DNA of 64,000 nt from assembly GCA_964016885.1 (NCBI GenBank), contig OZ024742.1, positions 289,788,001 to 289,852,000 of the forward strand, written 5' to 3'. This DNA is from Eledone cirrhosa. Its lineage: Eukaryota. The translations under genes and the position numbers were made by a program. The notes beneath the pieces are model-generated. The model saw nothing but the letters and a program-made list of their open reading frames with translations, had not been told where the DNA came from and ran no database searches. Below, piece after piece: positions 11,478 through 22,238 of this stretch (the stretch's first letter is position 1; each line of letters opens with the position of its first letter).

Positions 11478-14400
11478 TCATGACTCTACTGAACAAACAG
11501 AACACCAAAAACTTGTGGACACCCTACAAGTGATATGGAACGATATGTTTCAAGAGATAGACAGCCTTAATGTGAGTGACAGACCATACAACACCAGAAT
11601 GAGTAAAGAACCCACTAAATCAGAATTGGAAGCGGTGAACGAAATAGCTGGCAATTATCTGAAGGCTATACGATCTAAAGGTGTAGAAACGACATTTGAA
11701 ACGCTCAATGTTTTGTTATATGTTTCAGCTGTCACATTGCTATCATATAACACACATCTAAAACCACGCAATCAAGATACAAACAGATAGCCTGAACCAG
11801 CGTGGATGCGAAATTTAAAACGCAAAATTTTGTCCCTGAGATGAAGTATCTCACACATTGCAGTCGTTATGAAATGCAACATAGAGAGCAACTTCACACG
11901 ACACCAGGAAGACCTAAAAAAAAAAGTTAGAGAGGCGATTTGGAGATACAAAATTTAAAACTTTGAACTTCAAATTACACCAGTTGAAACAATAACTCAC
12001 AGCTACAACAGAAAGACTAAAATATAAGTCAACAGCACATAAACGACAAGTGCTAAATAGATTGTTTGCCAGAGATCCTAAATCAGTTTATCGCAGCTTC
12101 GGTGGCAAAAGTTCAATCCCTGTAAATGACACCCCTTCAAAAGAACAGGTTGAGAGCTACTGGAGATCTGTATGGGAAACGGATGACGGATTCAACAGAC
12201 AAACTAATTGGCTAAAAGAACTGGAACAGAACTACTGCCAACATGTCCAGACAAAACAATATGACATAGATGGGTCAATACTGGAAACAGCTCTACAGAA
12301 AATGTCGAATAGGAAATCGCCAGGCCCAGACCTCATTACAGGATACTGGTTGAAGAATTTCACTTTCTATCGGCAAGATCTCATACGGCTGTTTACAGAA
12401 ACCATTAAAGGCGCACAAGAACTGCCCAGATGGTTATCAACTGCCACTACTCTCCTCATTCCCCAAAATAGCCAAACCACCCTTGCTAAAAATTACCGCC
12501 CAATAGCCTGCCAAAATATCATGTATAAATTATATACTGGGTGCCTTAACCTGTTCTTACAGGATCACTGTGCTACCAACAACATCATAACACCTGAGCA
12601 AGCTGGTGGAAAGAGGGAGGTGTGGGGTTGCATAGATCACCTACTAACTAACAAAATGATTCAGGAAAAAACAACAAAGAATCGCAGAAACATGACTGTG
12701 GTGTGGCTGGACTATCAAAAAGCATTTGATAGTGTACCTCGTGAGTGGATTATTAAGGCTTTACAGTTAGCTAAAGTCCCACAACCATTGGTAGCTGCTG
12801 TTGAACGCCTGACCAAGAACTGGTACACCAATTTGATCCTTAGAGGTGAGAAGGAGCAAGTTAAGACTGATAAGATACATTTCCAGAAGGGCATCTTTCA
12901 GGGTGATAGCTTGTCAGTGCTACTCTTCGTTCTCTCACTGAATCCACTATCTTACCTACTCAGGAAACAAGGTGGACAAAGAAGTGGGCCCAGAAGTATC
13001 TCCCATCTTTTCTTTGTTGACAACCTGAAGTTGTATGGGCCAAATATCAATGACATCAAGAAACAATTGGACCTCATTACACAATTTTCAACCGACATCA
13101 AAATGAAATTTGGTGAGTCCAAGTGTGCATATTTGGCAGTAAAACGTGGAAGAGCTGTGCCCTCCTCTAGAAATCTAGAGATGAACGGCCTGACAATACA
13201 ACCTCTACAGTCAGGTGACAACTACAGATATCTTGGACAGGATGAGAATGTCAGATATGATGGACCCATAAATAAGGAGAGAACCAGAACTGAATACCTC
13301 AGAAGAGTAAAGAAAATATGGTCATCAGAACTGTCAGCGTACAACAAATACATTGCCCACAATACTTATGCTGTGCCAATTCTAACGCCAACATTTGGCC
13401 TGCTGAACTGGTCATTGCAAGAACTAAGTGAGATGGATGTTAGAACTCGAAAACTTCTCAGTGTTACTGGGAACTTTAACATCAATGGTGATGTGGATAG
13501 GCTATACTTCTCACACAAGGAAGGTGGCCGGGGTCTAAAATCAATATTAACAACATATGAGACCCGGATAGTAACACTGAAGCAACACCTTCAACAGAGG
13601 AAAAAGGTTGGCAACCATCTTGCCCAGGTTTATGAGCATGAAAAAAAAAATATCATTAGAATAGCGACTGATCTGGAGGAGAGATATGGAATAAAGCCTG
13701 ATATAAATCTCTCACCCAGAGAAATCGGAAGATCCTATTCAATGTTCAAACAAGATTAAAAAATTGACCAATTTACAGAAAAAGTTGTGCATGGATACTT
13801 GAGGCGTAAAACACAGACCATAGAGGGGATAAACCACTCAAAAAGCCTGGCATGGAGTTCCGACAAGTTTATGACATCACACCTTGAGGGATATCTCTAT
13901 GCAATACAGGAACAAGAACTCCCTACCAAATATCTGCTGCACAAAAGAGGAGGGCCAGCAGCTGACAATAAATGTAGGCTATGTAAAACAAAGATCGAGT
14001 ATGTAAGCCACATTGTTGCCAGCTGCGAAAGAATGTCATCTCGCTACTACCTCCCCATGAGACACGATGGGATAGCTAGAACCATCTGGAACGCACTTCA
14101 GAAAACAAAATTAACAACAAACGAGGAAGAATATATTGAGACAGATGGCACTAAGGAATACTGGTGGAACCTGAAAATAAAAACTGCCACCAAATTAAAG
14201 CACAACCGGCCTGATATTGTTGTTTGGGACCACTCATTGAAAACGTGTTCTGTTGTGGAGATCAGCTGCCCACTTGATGTAAACGTTGTCAGAAAAATAC
14301 AGGAGAAGGAGGACATCTACGGACCATTGATGAGGAGTTTACAATTCCAGTATCCAAGATACACCTTTAGCTTCATACCCATCATTATTGGAGCTACGGG

Positions 14401-14625
14401 TTATATACCAACCCGCTTGGACCAAAGTATGACTGAACTTGGATTTGCAGACAAAAAGCGCAGCTCCATAATTCATAGTCTACAAATGGCTGCGATAGCT
14501 GGCACCTTCAAAATTTGCAAAACATTCTTGCGATTCAAGGGATGACAATTTCTTTTCTTTTACAACCTTGCCACCAGGAAGGTGGCCGGTCAAAAAAATA
14601 TACTCGAAATTAAGAGAAAGAGAAA
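11478..14625 (+). mobile_element. R4/Dong-like non-LTR retrotransposon (RT plus restriction-like endonuclease), 5'-truncated and disrupted
   Basis: RT motifs SPGPD, NYRPI, WLDYQKAFDSV, GIFQGDSLS and FVDN (catalytic DD altered); CRLC..H..C knuckle, RHD and PD..(VEISCP)..K REL motifs in 13787-14545; stops and frameshifts near 11790, 11840-11930 and 13759. Confidence 0.9.
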
Positions 14626-14628
14626 ACA

Positions 14629-14662
<34 letters not shown>

Positions 14663-14735
14663 TACATACATACATGTATATATATATATACATACATATA
14701 TATATATATATATATACATACATATATATATATAT

Positions 14736-14818
<83 letters not shown>

Positions 14819-15087
14819 CATATGTAGGAGGTGAGTTTTATTGTAGTACAATAAAGCAATGCAGATATCGGATAAGAAGCACTCTACAGTTTGTGGGACT
14901 GGAGTATGCATAATATAAGATCAAAAATGCGCATAATAAAATATATGGAACTCCTTTAACCATCTTTTGATCTTATATTATGCATACTCCAGTCCCACAA
15001 ACTGTAGAGTGCTTCTTATCCGATATCTGCATTGCTTTATTGTACTACAATAAAACTCACCTCCTACATTAACTTGCTCCTTAACGG

Positions 15088-17550
15088 TTGAGCGCTTACT
15101 CTCATATTGGATACCTTTTGATGGTCCTTCACCTCTTCTTCTACAACATGGATTATTACAACATAACCAATTCAACTAAAGACATTCCTATACCTGGTAA
15201 ATCTGAATTCACCAAACTTCTTATTGAAAAAACTGACTCCTTCGTAAGAAGACTTAGATGGACAGCCTATTTCTATGACCAGCGCCTAAAAGGGAACTTT
15301 CATACCAAAGAACACAACTTCCTCGATCATCTTTTTAATTCTAGACGAAATCCTCCTTCCAACAAAAATCTAGCACAATTCGAGGAAGAATTAACTAAAA
15401 TTATAAAAAATCTTAAATTCAAGAGATACCCTTACAAAGGACAAGAGCACCTTGTAAATCTCAAGAACACAATCTCTAACCTAAATTCCTCAAAAAATGT
15501 TTTAGTCCACTCTGACAAAACCAATAACCTATATGGTATTTCCAAGGATAATTATAACAACCTTATCCTAAAGGAACTTAGGAAAAAGTATCGTAAAACC
15601 AACCATGAAAATTTAGAATGCATAAACCTTGAAGCCTATGAGATTATGTCAAAACTTGGCATTGAAAAAAAGACCGAACCATTCCTCCCAAGAACTCCGA
15701 GGATAAATCTCAAGGATCACAAAAACAATTTTCGCACTGAACTACCTGTTAGATTAATCGCCCCCTCTAAATCTGATCTGGGGGTTGTTAGTAAAGCCAT
15801 CTTGGATAGGATTATCCCACAGGTTAGTTCTAATTGCTCTTCTTTAAACCTAAATTTATGGTTTGGTACTTCTGAAGTGATTGGCTGGTTCAACAAATTG
15901 GATAATAAAAACAAACTAAAATTTATTCAATTCGATATTGCCAGCTACTATTCCTCCATTTCGCCTTCACTTCTCAATAATGCTCTATCTTTCGCACTTA
16001 AATATTCTGACATCACCACAGATGAACTTCACATCATCCTCACCGCACGTAAAACCATCCTAGAGTTCAACAACGAATATTGGACCAGAGCCGATACCTC
16101 TAACAACTTCGACATCACAATGGGAGCATCCGATTCATCCCAATTGACTGATTTAATTGGTATCTTCATTTTGAACTCTTTGAGTCGGAAAATTCCTCAA
16201 CTTCGCGGTCGAATTTATCGTGACGATGGACTCTTTACTATCCTAAATTGCAATATAGTTAAACTTAATATTATTAAGAACAATATACGTAATCTCTTTA
16301 ACCAACATAACCTAAAAATTGAATTTGATAATAGTATCAAACTAGCTAATTTCTTGGATGTATCTCTTAATCTTGACACTGGCCTATATTACCCTTACCA
16401 TAAAAACAATGAGAATCTTAATTATGTTAACTTTAAATCTAACCATCCTACCAATATCAAGAATGCTATAGTTAATAATATTGGAAATAGAATATCTAAC
16501 ATATCTTCTAATAAAAACATCTTTGATGCTAACGCCAATTACTATAATAACGCACTTTCTAAAGCCGGCTATCCAGATAAAATCAAATATAATAAAGAAA
16601 CAAATTCTAGGAAAACTTACAGTAGAATATTTAATCATAACCATTCCAATAATTTTAATAAAAGACCTAGATACAAAAACATAATCTGGTATAATGCTCC
16701 TTTCTCCATCTCTATTAATAACAATATTCCTAAATTATTTTTTAGTGCCTTAAATAAATGCTTCCCTCCCTCACATATCTATAGTAAAATATTTAACAAA
16801 CACACCATCAAATTTTCGTATTCTACATCCTCCAATATTTCCAACATCATCTCTAAACACAACAACAAAATATTAAATACTAAATCTCTTCCCTCCAATA
16901 TTGAATTTCATAATAACAGTAATAGTACTCCCGACGTCATTGTAAACCCTAGGCTAACTTCTGTAAACCCAAATGCAACGTCAAACACAACTTCGCTAAA
17001 TGTTCATAATCCAACTCTAAATCAAGAAACTATTATTCCTATTATTCCTATCGCAAACAACTTCTCCAATCCAATTCCTTCTATAGATAACACTAGATCA
17101 CTCATTAATAATCTCTCTAATTGCAACTGCCGCATTAAAAATAAATGTCCTCTCAACAACCATTGCCTCGATAAAAACTTAATTTATGAATGTAAAATTA
17201 TAACTAGCACCAATTCCTTCACCTATTTTGGCTCCACTTCCACCTCTTTTAAAGCTTGTCTCTATAATCATCATTCATCTTTCAAATACAAACTTAAAAG
17301 AACTAACACTGCTCTCTCAGAACTCATATGGTCCTTAAAAGACAAAAACATTAAATATAACATCTTTTGGAAAAAGATTTCTTCTGCATCCTCATACTTG
17401 AACAGCTCTCTATCTAAAATCTGTAATCTCTGCCTAAATGAAAAATTTACCATTATCTCTAACCTAGAATCCATAATAAATAGACGCTCAGATTTGTTTT
17501 CTATCTGCCTGCATAAATTCCATAGAACTTTTCACAAAGTATACAGTTAA
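15088..17550 (+). CDS. PLE reverse transcriptase-GIY-YIG endonuclease
   Basis: SDKTNN, QFDIASYYSSI, ITMGA, IYRDDGL and FLDV RT motifs; CNCRIKNKCPLNNHC linker; LIYEC...TYFGST GIY-YIG; C-terminal CNLC...C.H. The real start is probably the ATG at 15148 or 15121. Confidence 0.9.
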   Translation: MSAYSHIGYLLMVLHLFFYNMDYYNITNSTKDIPIPGKSEFTKLLIEKTDSFVRRLRWTAYFYDQRLKGNFHTKEHNFLDHLFNSRRNPPSNKNLAQFEEELTKIIKNLKFKRYPYKGQEHLVNLKNTISNLNSSKNVLVHSDKTNNLYGISKDNYNNLILKELRKKYRKTNHENLECINLEAYEIMSKLGIEKKTEPFLPRTPRINLKDHKNNFRTELPVRLIAPSKSDLGVVSKAILDRIIPQVSSNCSSLNLNLWFGTSEVIGWFNKLDNKNKLKFIQFDIASYYSSISPSLLNNALSFALKYSDITTDELHIILTARKTILEFNNEYWTRADTSNNFDITMGASDSSQLTDLIGIFILNSLSRKIPQLRGRIYRDDGLFTILNCNIVKLNIIKNNIRNLFNQHNLKIEFDNSIKLANFLDVSLNLDTGLYYPYHKNNENLNYVNFKSNHPTNIKNAIVNNIGNRISNISSNKNIFDANANYYNNALSKAGYPDKIKYNKETNSRKTYSRIFNHNHSNNFNKRPRYKNIIWYNAPFSISINNNIPKLFFSALNKCFPPSHIYSKIFNKHTIKFSYSTSSNISNIISKHNNKILNTKSLPSNIEFHNNSNSTPDVIVNPRLTSVNPNATSNTTSLNVHNPTLNQETIIPIIPIANNFSNPIPSIDNTRSLINNLSNCNCRIKNKCPLNNHCLDKNLIYECKIITSTNSFTYFGSTSTSFKACLYNHHSSFKYKLKRTNTALSELIWSLKDKNIKYNIFWKKISSASSYLNSSLSKICNLCLNEKFTIISNLESIINRRSDLFSICLHKFHRTFHKVYS

Positions 17551-17605
17551 TATTCAATTCTTTATCAATTTAGAATCTTTTCTCAAAGGCACATATACAT
17601 ACACC

Positions 17606-18660
17606 TCTTTAAAATATACCCATCTACCTTACTTTAAAGGGCATTATACACTCTATAATACTCGTTTACTCATTACCCTCATTCTATCTTCTCGTAAAAC
17701 AATAACATTTGTTTTTGACATTTTGAATATTCATCCGCAATCATTATTATTTTTTCTCTCTATCATAAATCTTTTTAATCTCAATTTCATCCTTAATTTA
17801 TTATTATTTTTTTTTTTAATATATACTCATATTTTCTTTAAAATATACCCATCTACCTTACTTTAAAGGGCATTATACACTCTATAATACTCGTTTACTC
17901 ATTACCCTCATTCTATCTTCTCGTAAAACAATAACATTTGTTTTTGACATTTTGAATATTCATCCGCAATCATTATTATTTTTTCTCTCTATCATAAATC
18001 TTTTTAATCTCAATTTCATCCTTAATTTATTATTATTTTTTTCTCCCCATCAACGAACTCATTATTAATACATATGAATTCAATATACAAACTTTAACTT
18101 CACATTATTTTTCTCAAATCCTTCTACACATAAACCTTAACATTTTTCTCTTAGCTAATTTTGAAATTGCCACAATACATACATTTCTTCTTTTGACGTT
18201 AGAATATTCACCCACAATTATTATTTTTTTCTCTCTATCTTCATACATAATTTCCCTTCGTTAATTTTCAAATTCCTTTAATTTATACATTATCTTCCAA
18301 CGATTCCCAACCTCTCTATATTAAAACATTATATCTTTTTCTCAGTTATAAAAACTATCTCTTTCTCTCTATCACCCATCTCTCCCTTTCCACCTTCACT
18401 CTCATCTCCTCCCCCTTTTTTTCATCCTTTCCACCCCCCCCTCCCTAAATAAAATATTTTTTCCTCGCACATATCCTCCCTTCGTTAATTTTCAAAATTT
18501 TTAATTTATACAGTATCTTCCAACGGTTTTCAACCCCTCTATATAAAATATATCTCCTCTCAGTTATAAAAACTATCTCTTTCTCTCTATCACCCATCTC
18601 TCCCTCTCATCTCCTTCCCTTTTCATCCTTTTCCCCCCCCTCTCTAAATAAAATATTTTT
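17606..18660. repeat. Two tandem duplications in the PLE 3' region
   Basis: A unit starting at 17606 repeats at 17835 (period 229); a unit at about 18254-18460 repeats at about 18477-18660. Confidence 0.85.
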
Positions 18661-18755
18661 CCCAATATCACACATCAATCTAAAACCACTTTTCATATGT
18701 TGATTTAAAACTGCACTATCAACAAGTGTTTTTTAGCCTTCATATCATGTTCTCC

Positions 18756-18826
18756 TGTTTTATCTGATGAAAACACAAATATTATTGTTTGATGATGTTT
18801 GTTTTTGAAATGCGCATAATAAAATA
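18756..18826 (+). ncRNA. Type-I hammerhead ribozyme in PLE pLTR
   Basis: Stem I TGTTTTAT/ATAAAATA; CTGATGA at 18764-18770; about 15-bp stem II; GAAA at 18807-18810; palindromic stem III TGCGCA; predicted cleavage after AUA (18818). Confidence 0.8.
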
Positions 18827-18918
18827 TATGGAACTCCTTTAACCATCTTTTGATCTTATATTATACATACATATATATATATATATATATACATACATAT
18901 ATATATATATATATATAC

Positions 18919-21900
18919 ATCATCATCATCATCATCATCATTTTACGTCCGCTTTTCCCTGCTTGCAAGGGTGGGACGGGTCTTATTCAGCACAGCATCT
19001 CTCCACTCGTCACGGTCCCTCGTCATCTCCACCGTGAGCTTCAATGATCTGAGGTCTGTTCTCACCACCTCCGCCCATGTTTTTCGTGGTCTACCTCTAC
19101 TACGTCTTCCTTCAACTGGCATTTCCTGGCACTTCTTCACCCATCGGTCATCCTCCATGCGCATCACATGTCCATACCACCTCAGTCTCCTCTCCCGTAC
19201 ACTACATTCTATCCCTCTCAGACACAGTTTCTCTCTCAACACATTTATGCTGGGTCGTTCACGCACATTTACACTGCACATCCAACGGAGCATGCTTGCC
19301 TCATTTCTCTCCAGCCGTCGCATATCTTCTGCGGTAACTGCCCATGTCTCACTACCATGCAGCATCGCGCTCCTCACACAGGCATCATACAACCGGCCTT
19401 TCGTACGCAGGGAGAAACCCTTCTTCGTCAACAGAGGAAGCAGCTCCCTAAACTTCTTCCAACCCGTCCTTATTCTAGATACTATGGCCTCGGAACACCC
19501 TCCTCCCATGCTAATCTGATCTCCTAGGTACCGGAAGCTATCCACCACTTCTATAGCGCCCTCTCGCATTTGAAAAATGTGTCTATCAGTGCGACTTCTA
19601 CTGTCTAATTTCCCTGTACATCTACTGCATACATATTTCTCCCTACCTGTTAGTTTGCCTGCTATCCCGCTACATCTCTTGTGTACCCAGGACCTACATT
19701 GTGTGCATTTTATAGAATTTATGCCAGTTCCTTTTCTGCATATCGAACATGGCCATTTCCCTGACGGAATCAGGGTTTTGTCCTCTTTTCTACTCATCAA
19801 CACTTTTGTCTTAGCTAGATTTACTCTCAGTCCTCTTGCTTCCAACTGCTGTTTCCATAGCCGGAATTTATTCTCTAGCTCCTCTACTGATTCTGCCATA
19901 AGAGCCAGATCGTCAGCATAGAGAAGTTCCCATGGACAGCCAGTCTTAAACTCCTCTGTTATGGCTTGGAGGACTATAATGAACAAGAGCGGGCTGAGGA
20001 CCGAACCCTGATGTACTCCTACTTGTATCTGGAATTCCTCACTAAACTCCATTCCTACCCTGACTTTACTGAGAGTACCTTTGTACAAAGTTTGCACTGT
20101 CCTCACAAGCCATTCCTCAACACCCAGCTTCCTTAGAGACCACCAGATGACAGATCGGGGTACCCTATCAAAGGCCTTCTCTAGGTCAACAAAGGCCAAG
20201 TATAGTGGCTTATTCTTCTCTAAGAACCTCTCTTGCATTTGTCTCACCAAGAAGAGGGCATCTGTTGTACTCTTCCCAGGCACAAAACCAAACTGCATCT
20301 CATCTAGTTTGACCCTTTCTCTAATTAGTTGTGCTAAAATCCTTTCTGCCACTTTCATAACCTGATCTATCAGTTTTATACCCCTATAATTGCTCCTCTC
20401 CAAAGCATCCCCTTTACCTTTGTAGCAATTTATGAGAATACTGCTGCACCAGTCTTTGGGTAGGACACCACCATATATAGCCTGATTGATTATGCGTGCA
20501 ACCAGTTTAGTGCCTACGTCCCCTGATGCCTTCAGCATCTCAGCAACTATTCCCGATGGTCCGGCCGCCTTACCATTTTTCATTTCCCTAATCGCCTCTT
20601 GGACCCTATATTCGTCAATCTCAATAGCTGGTCCCTCTGTCGGATCTACCAAGGGTAATTTCTCTCTCTCCCATTCGTTCTCCACATTCATCAGTCTCTC
20701 ATAATGACATTTCCAGGCCTCCTTTTTCTGGTCATTCGTGACACTAAGTACACCGGCATCATCCCGGACACATTTATCACCAACAACATCCTGATTTGCA
20801 TTGACACACTGCCTTGCAATGTGGAACACCGCACGCCTCTGATCTTCCCGTCGCAGAACATTGGCAAACCTCCTACTCTCTGCCTCCCTGCGTGCTAAGT
20901 ACACCTGACGTCTAGCTTCTCTCTTAGTGGCTGTATATTCTTCCCTACTCCCACCCTTATTCCAAGCCTTCCATGCTAGTCTTTTGTCTCTAATAGCCTT
21001 ATCTACACTGCTGTTCCACCACCAGGTCACTCTCTGTCTGGTTGGGGCTCTGCTCCAGCCACAAGTTTCATCAGTAGCCTTCAGCAAGTTGTCACGTAAG
21101 AACTTCCAGTTATTATCTATGTCATACGTCTCTAAATCGTCTTCTTTTTCGTCATATACATCTTGAAGGGCTTTCCTAAATTTGAATTTTAGTGAAAGGT
21201 CTTTTAGCTTCCAGACCTTTCTTCTCCACACCTTCCTATATGGCTCATTCCATCTCTTGCTTACTGAGATATCACTAACAACTAACCTATGCTGTGGGGT
21301 ACATTCTTCCCCAGGGTATGCCTTGGTATTAGACACTATCTGCCTGTCCCGCTGCCTAACTAGCAGGAAGTCAATCTGGCTTATGTGCTCACCAGATTTG
21401 TAGGTTATTAGGTGATTGGCAAGTTTCTGGAAGTTTGTGTTGCAAATAGTCAATGTACTTGCATCACAAAATTCAAGAAGTCTCACTCCTTCTTCATTTC
21501 TTGAACCGTAACCATGCCCACCATGTACCCCAGTGTAACCATCCTGGAGCTGTCCAACATGACCATTGAAGTCTCCTGCTAGCATAACGATGTCTCCGTC
21601 CTCTGTCATTGTGGTTGTTTGCAAAAGTTGCTCATAAAAGCAGTCTTTCCCATCTTTGCCTAGGCCTGCTTGGGGAGCATAGACCGAGATGATTGTCAGT
21701 AGTCTCCTACCTACAACTAATCTAAGCTTAATTATTCGATTACTAACTCGAACTACCTCTATTGTCTTATTGATCCATTTCTCAGCCAGGAAAATGCCTA
21801 CTCCCCCTAACCCATCATCCTTACCTACCCAGAATAGCTTATAGCTAAGACGCTTGCCTACGACTAGTCTCGCAGAGGCACCTCTCCATCTCACCTCTTG

Positions 21901-22202
21901 CACGCAGCACACATCCACCTGCCTTCTCTCCAGCATCTCCGCTATTTCAGCAGATCTACCTCTGAGAGTGCCAACATTAAGTGTTGCAACTCTGAGATGC
22001 GACGTCTTCATATTTTTTTCTATGCTGTTTTATTGCTGTGCTGATAAGCTTTTTGGCATTGATACACTGGTTGGATGCCCTTCCTAACACCAGCGCCACT
22101 TTACAGCATGGACTGGGTGCTTTTATTTGTGCCACCAGCACTAGAGAGGATATCTTACTAGACTCAAGGGCCCTCTCTACCCCTCCATTTTACAGCATGG
22201 TC

Positions 22203-22204
<2 letters not shown>
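18919..22204 (-). mobile_element. Full-length, apparently intact RTE-clade LINE
   Basis: Single 1022-aa ORF, about 190-nt 5' UTR, and a stop codon followed almost immediately by a (GAT)n tail. Confidence 0.95.
18943..22011 (-). CDS. RTE ORF: APE endonuclease plus RT with inserted PHD finger
   Basis: TLNVGT, QE, GDFNGH, IDF and HRLV (APE); NYRGI, FVDLEKAFDRV, GVHQGSVLSP and YADD (RT); C4HC3 at 19618-19749; RLRWYGHV...GRPRKTW. Confidence 0.95.
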   Translation of the reverse strand: MKTSHLRVATLNVGTLRGRSAEIAEMLERRQVDVCCVQEVRWRGASARLVVGKRLSYKLFWVGKDDGLGGVGIFLAEKWINKTIEVVRVSNRIIKLRLVVGRRLLTIISVYAPQAGLGKDGKDCFYEQLLQTTTMTEDGDIVMLAGDFNGHVGQLQDGYTGVHGGHGYGSRNEEGVRLLEFCDASTLTICNTNFQKLANHLITYKSGEHISQIDFLLVRQRDRQIVSNTKAYPGEECTPQHRLVVSDISVSKRWNEPYRKVWRRKVWKLKDLSLKFKFRKALQDVYDEKEDDLETYDIDNNWKFLRDNLLKATDETCGWSRAPTRQRVTWWWNSSVDKAIRDKRLAWKAWNKGGSREEYTATKREARRQVYLARREAESRRFANVLRREDQRRAVFHIARQCVNANQDVVGDKCVRDDAGVLSVTNDQKKEAWKCHYERLMNVENEWEREKLPLVDPTEGPAIEIDEYRVQEAIREMKNGKAAGPSGIVAEMLKASGDVGTKLVARIINQAIYGGVLPKDWCSSILINCYKGKGDALERSNYRGIKLIDQVMKVAERILAQLIRERVKLDEMQFGFVPGKSTTDALFLVRQMQERFLEKNKPLYLAFVDLEKAFDRVPRSVIWWSLRKLGVEEWLVRTVQTLYKGTLSKVRVGMEFSEEFQIQVGVHQGSVLSPLLFIIVLQAITEEFKTGCPWELLYADDLALMAESVEELENKFRLWKQQLEARGLRVNLAKTKVLMSRKEDKTLIPSGKWPCSICRKGTGINSIKCTQCRSWVHKRCSGIAGKLTGREKYVCSRCTGKLDSRSRTDRHIFQMREGAIEVVDSFRYLGDQISMGGGCSEAIVSRIRTGWKKFRELLPLLTKKGFSLRTKGRLYDACVRSAMLHGSETWAVTAEDMRRLERNEASMLRWMCSVNVRERPSINVLREKLCLRGIECSVRERRLRWYGHVMRMEDDRWVKKCQEMPVEGRRSRGRPRKTWAEVVRTDLRSLKLTVEMTRDRDEWRDAVLNKTRPTLASREKRT

Positions 22205-22238
<34 letters not shown>

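Larger units (their letters stand above)
14822..18863 (+). mobile_element. Penelope-like element (C-terminal GIY-YIG) with pLTR and inverted 5' segment
   Basis: 820-aa ORF; 14822-14926 is inverted relative to 14965-15069; 14925-14980 is repeated directly at 18808-18863; both ends lie in TA/TACA microsatellite. Confidence 0.9.
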
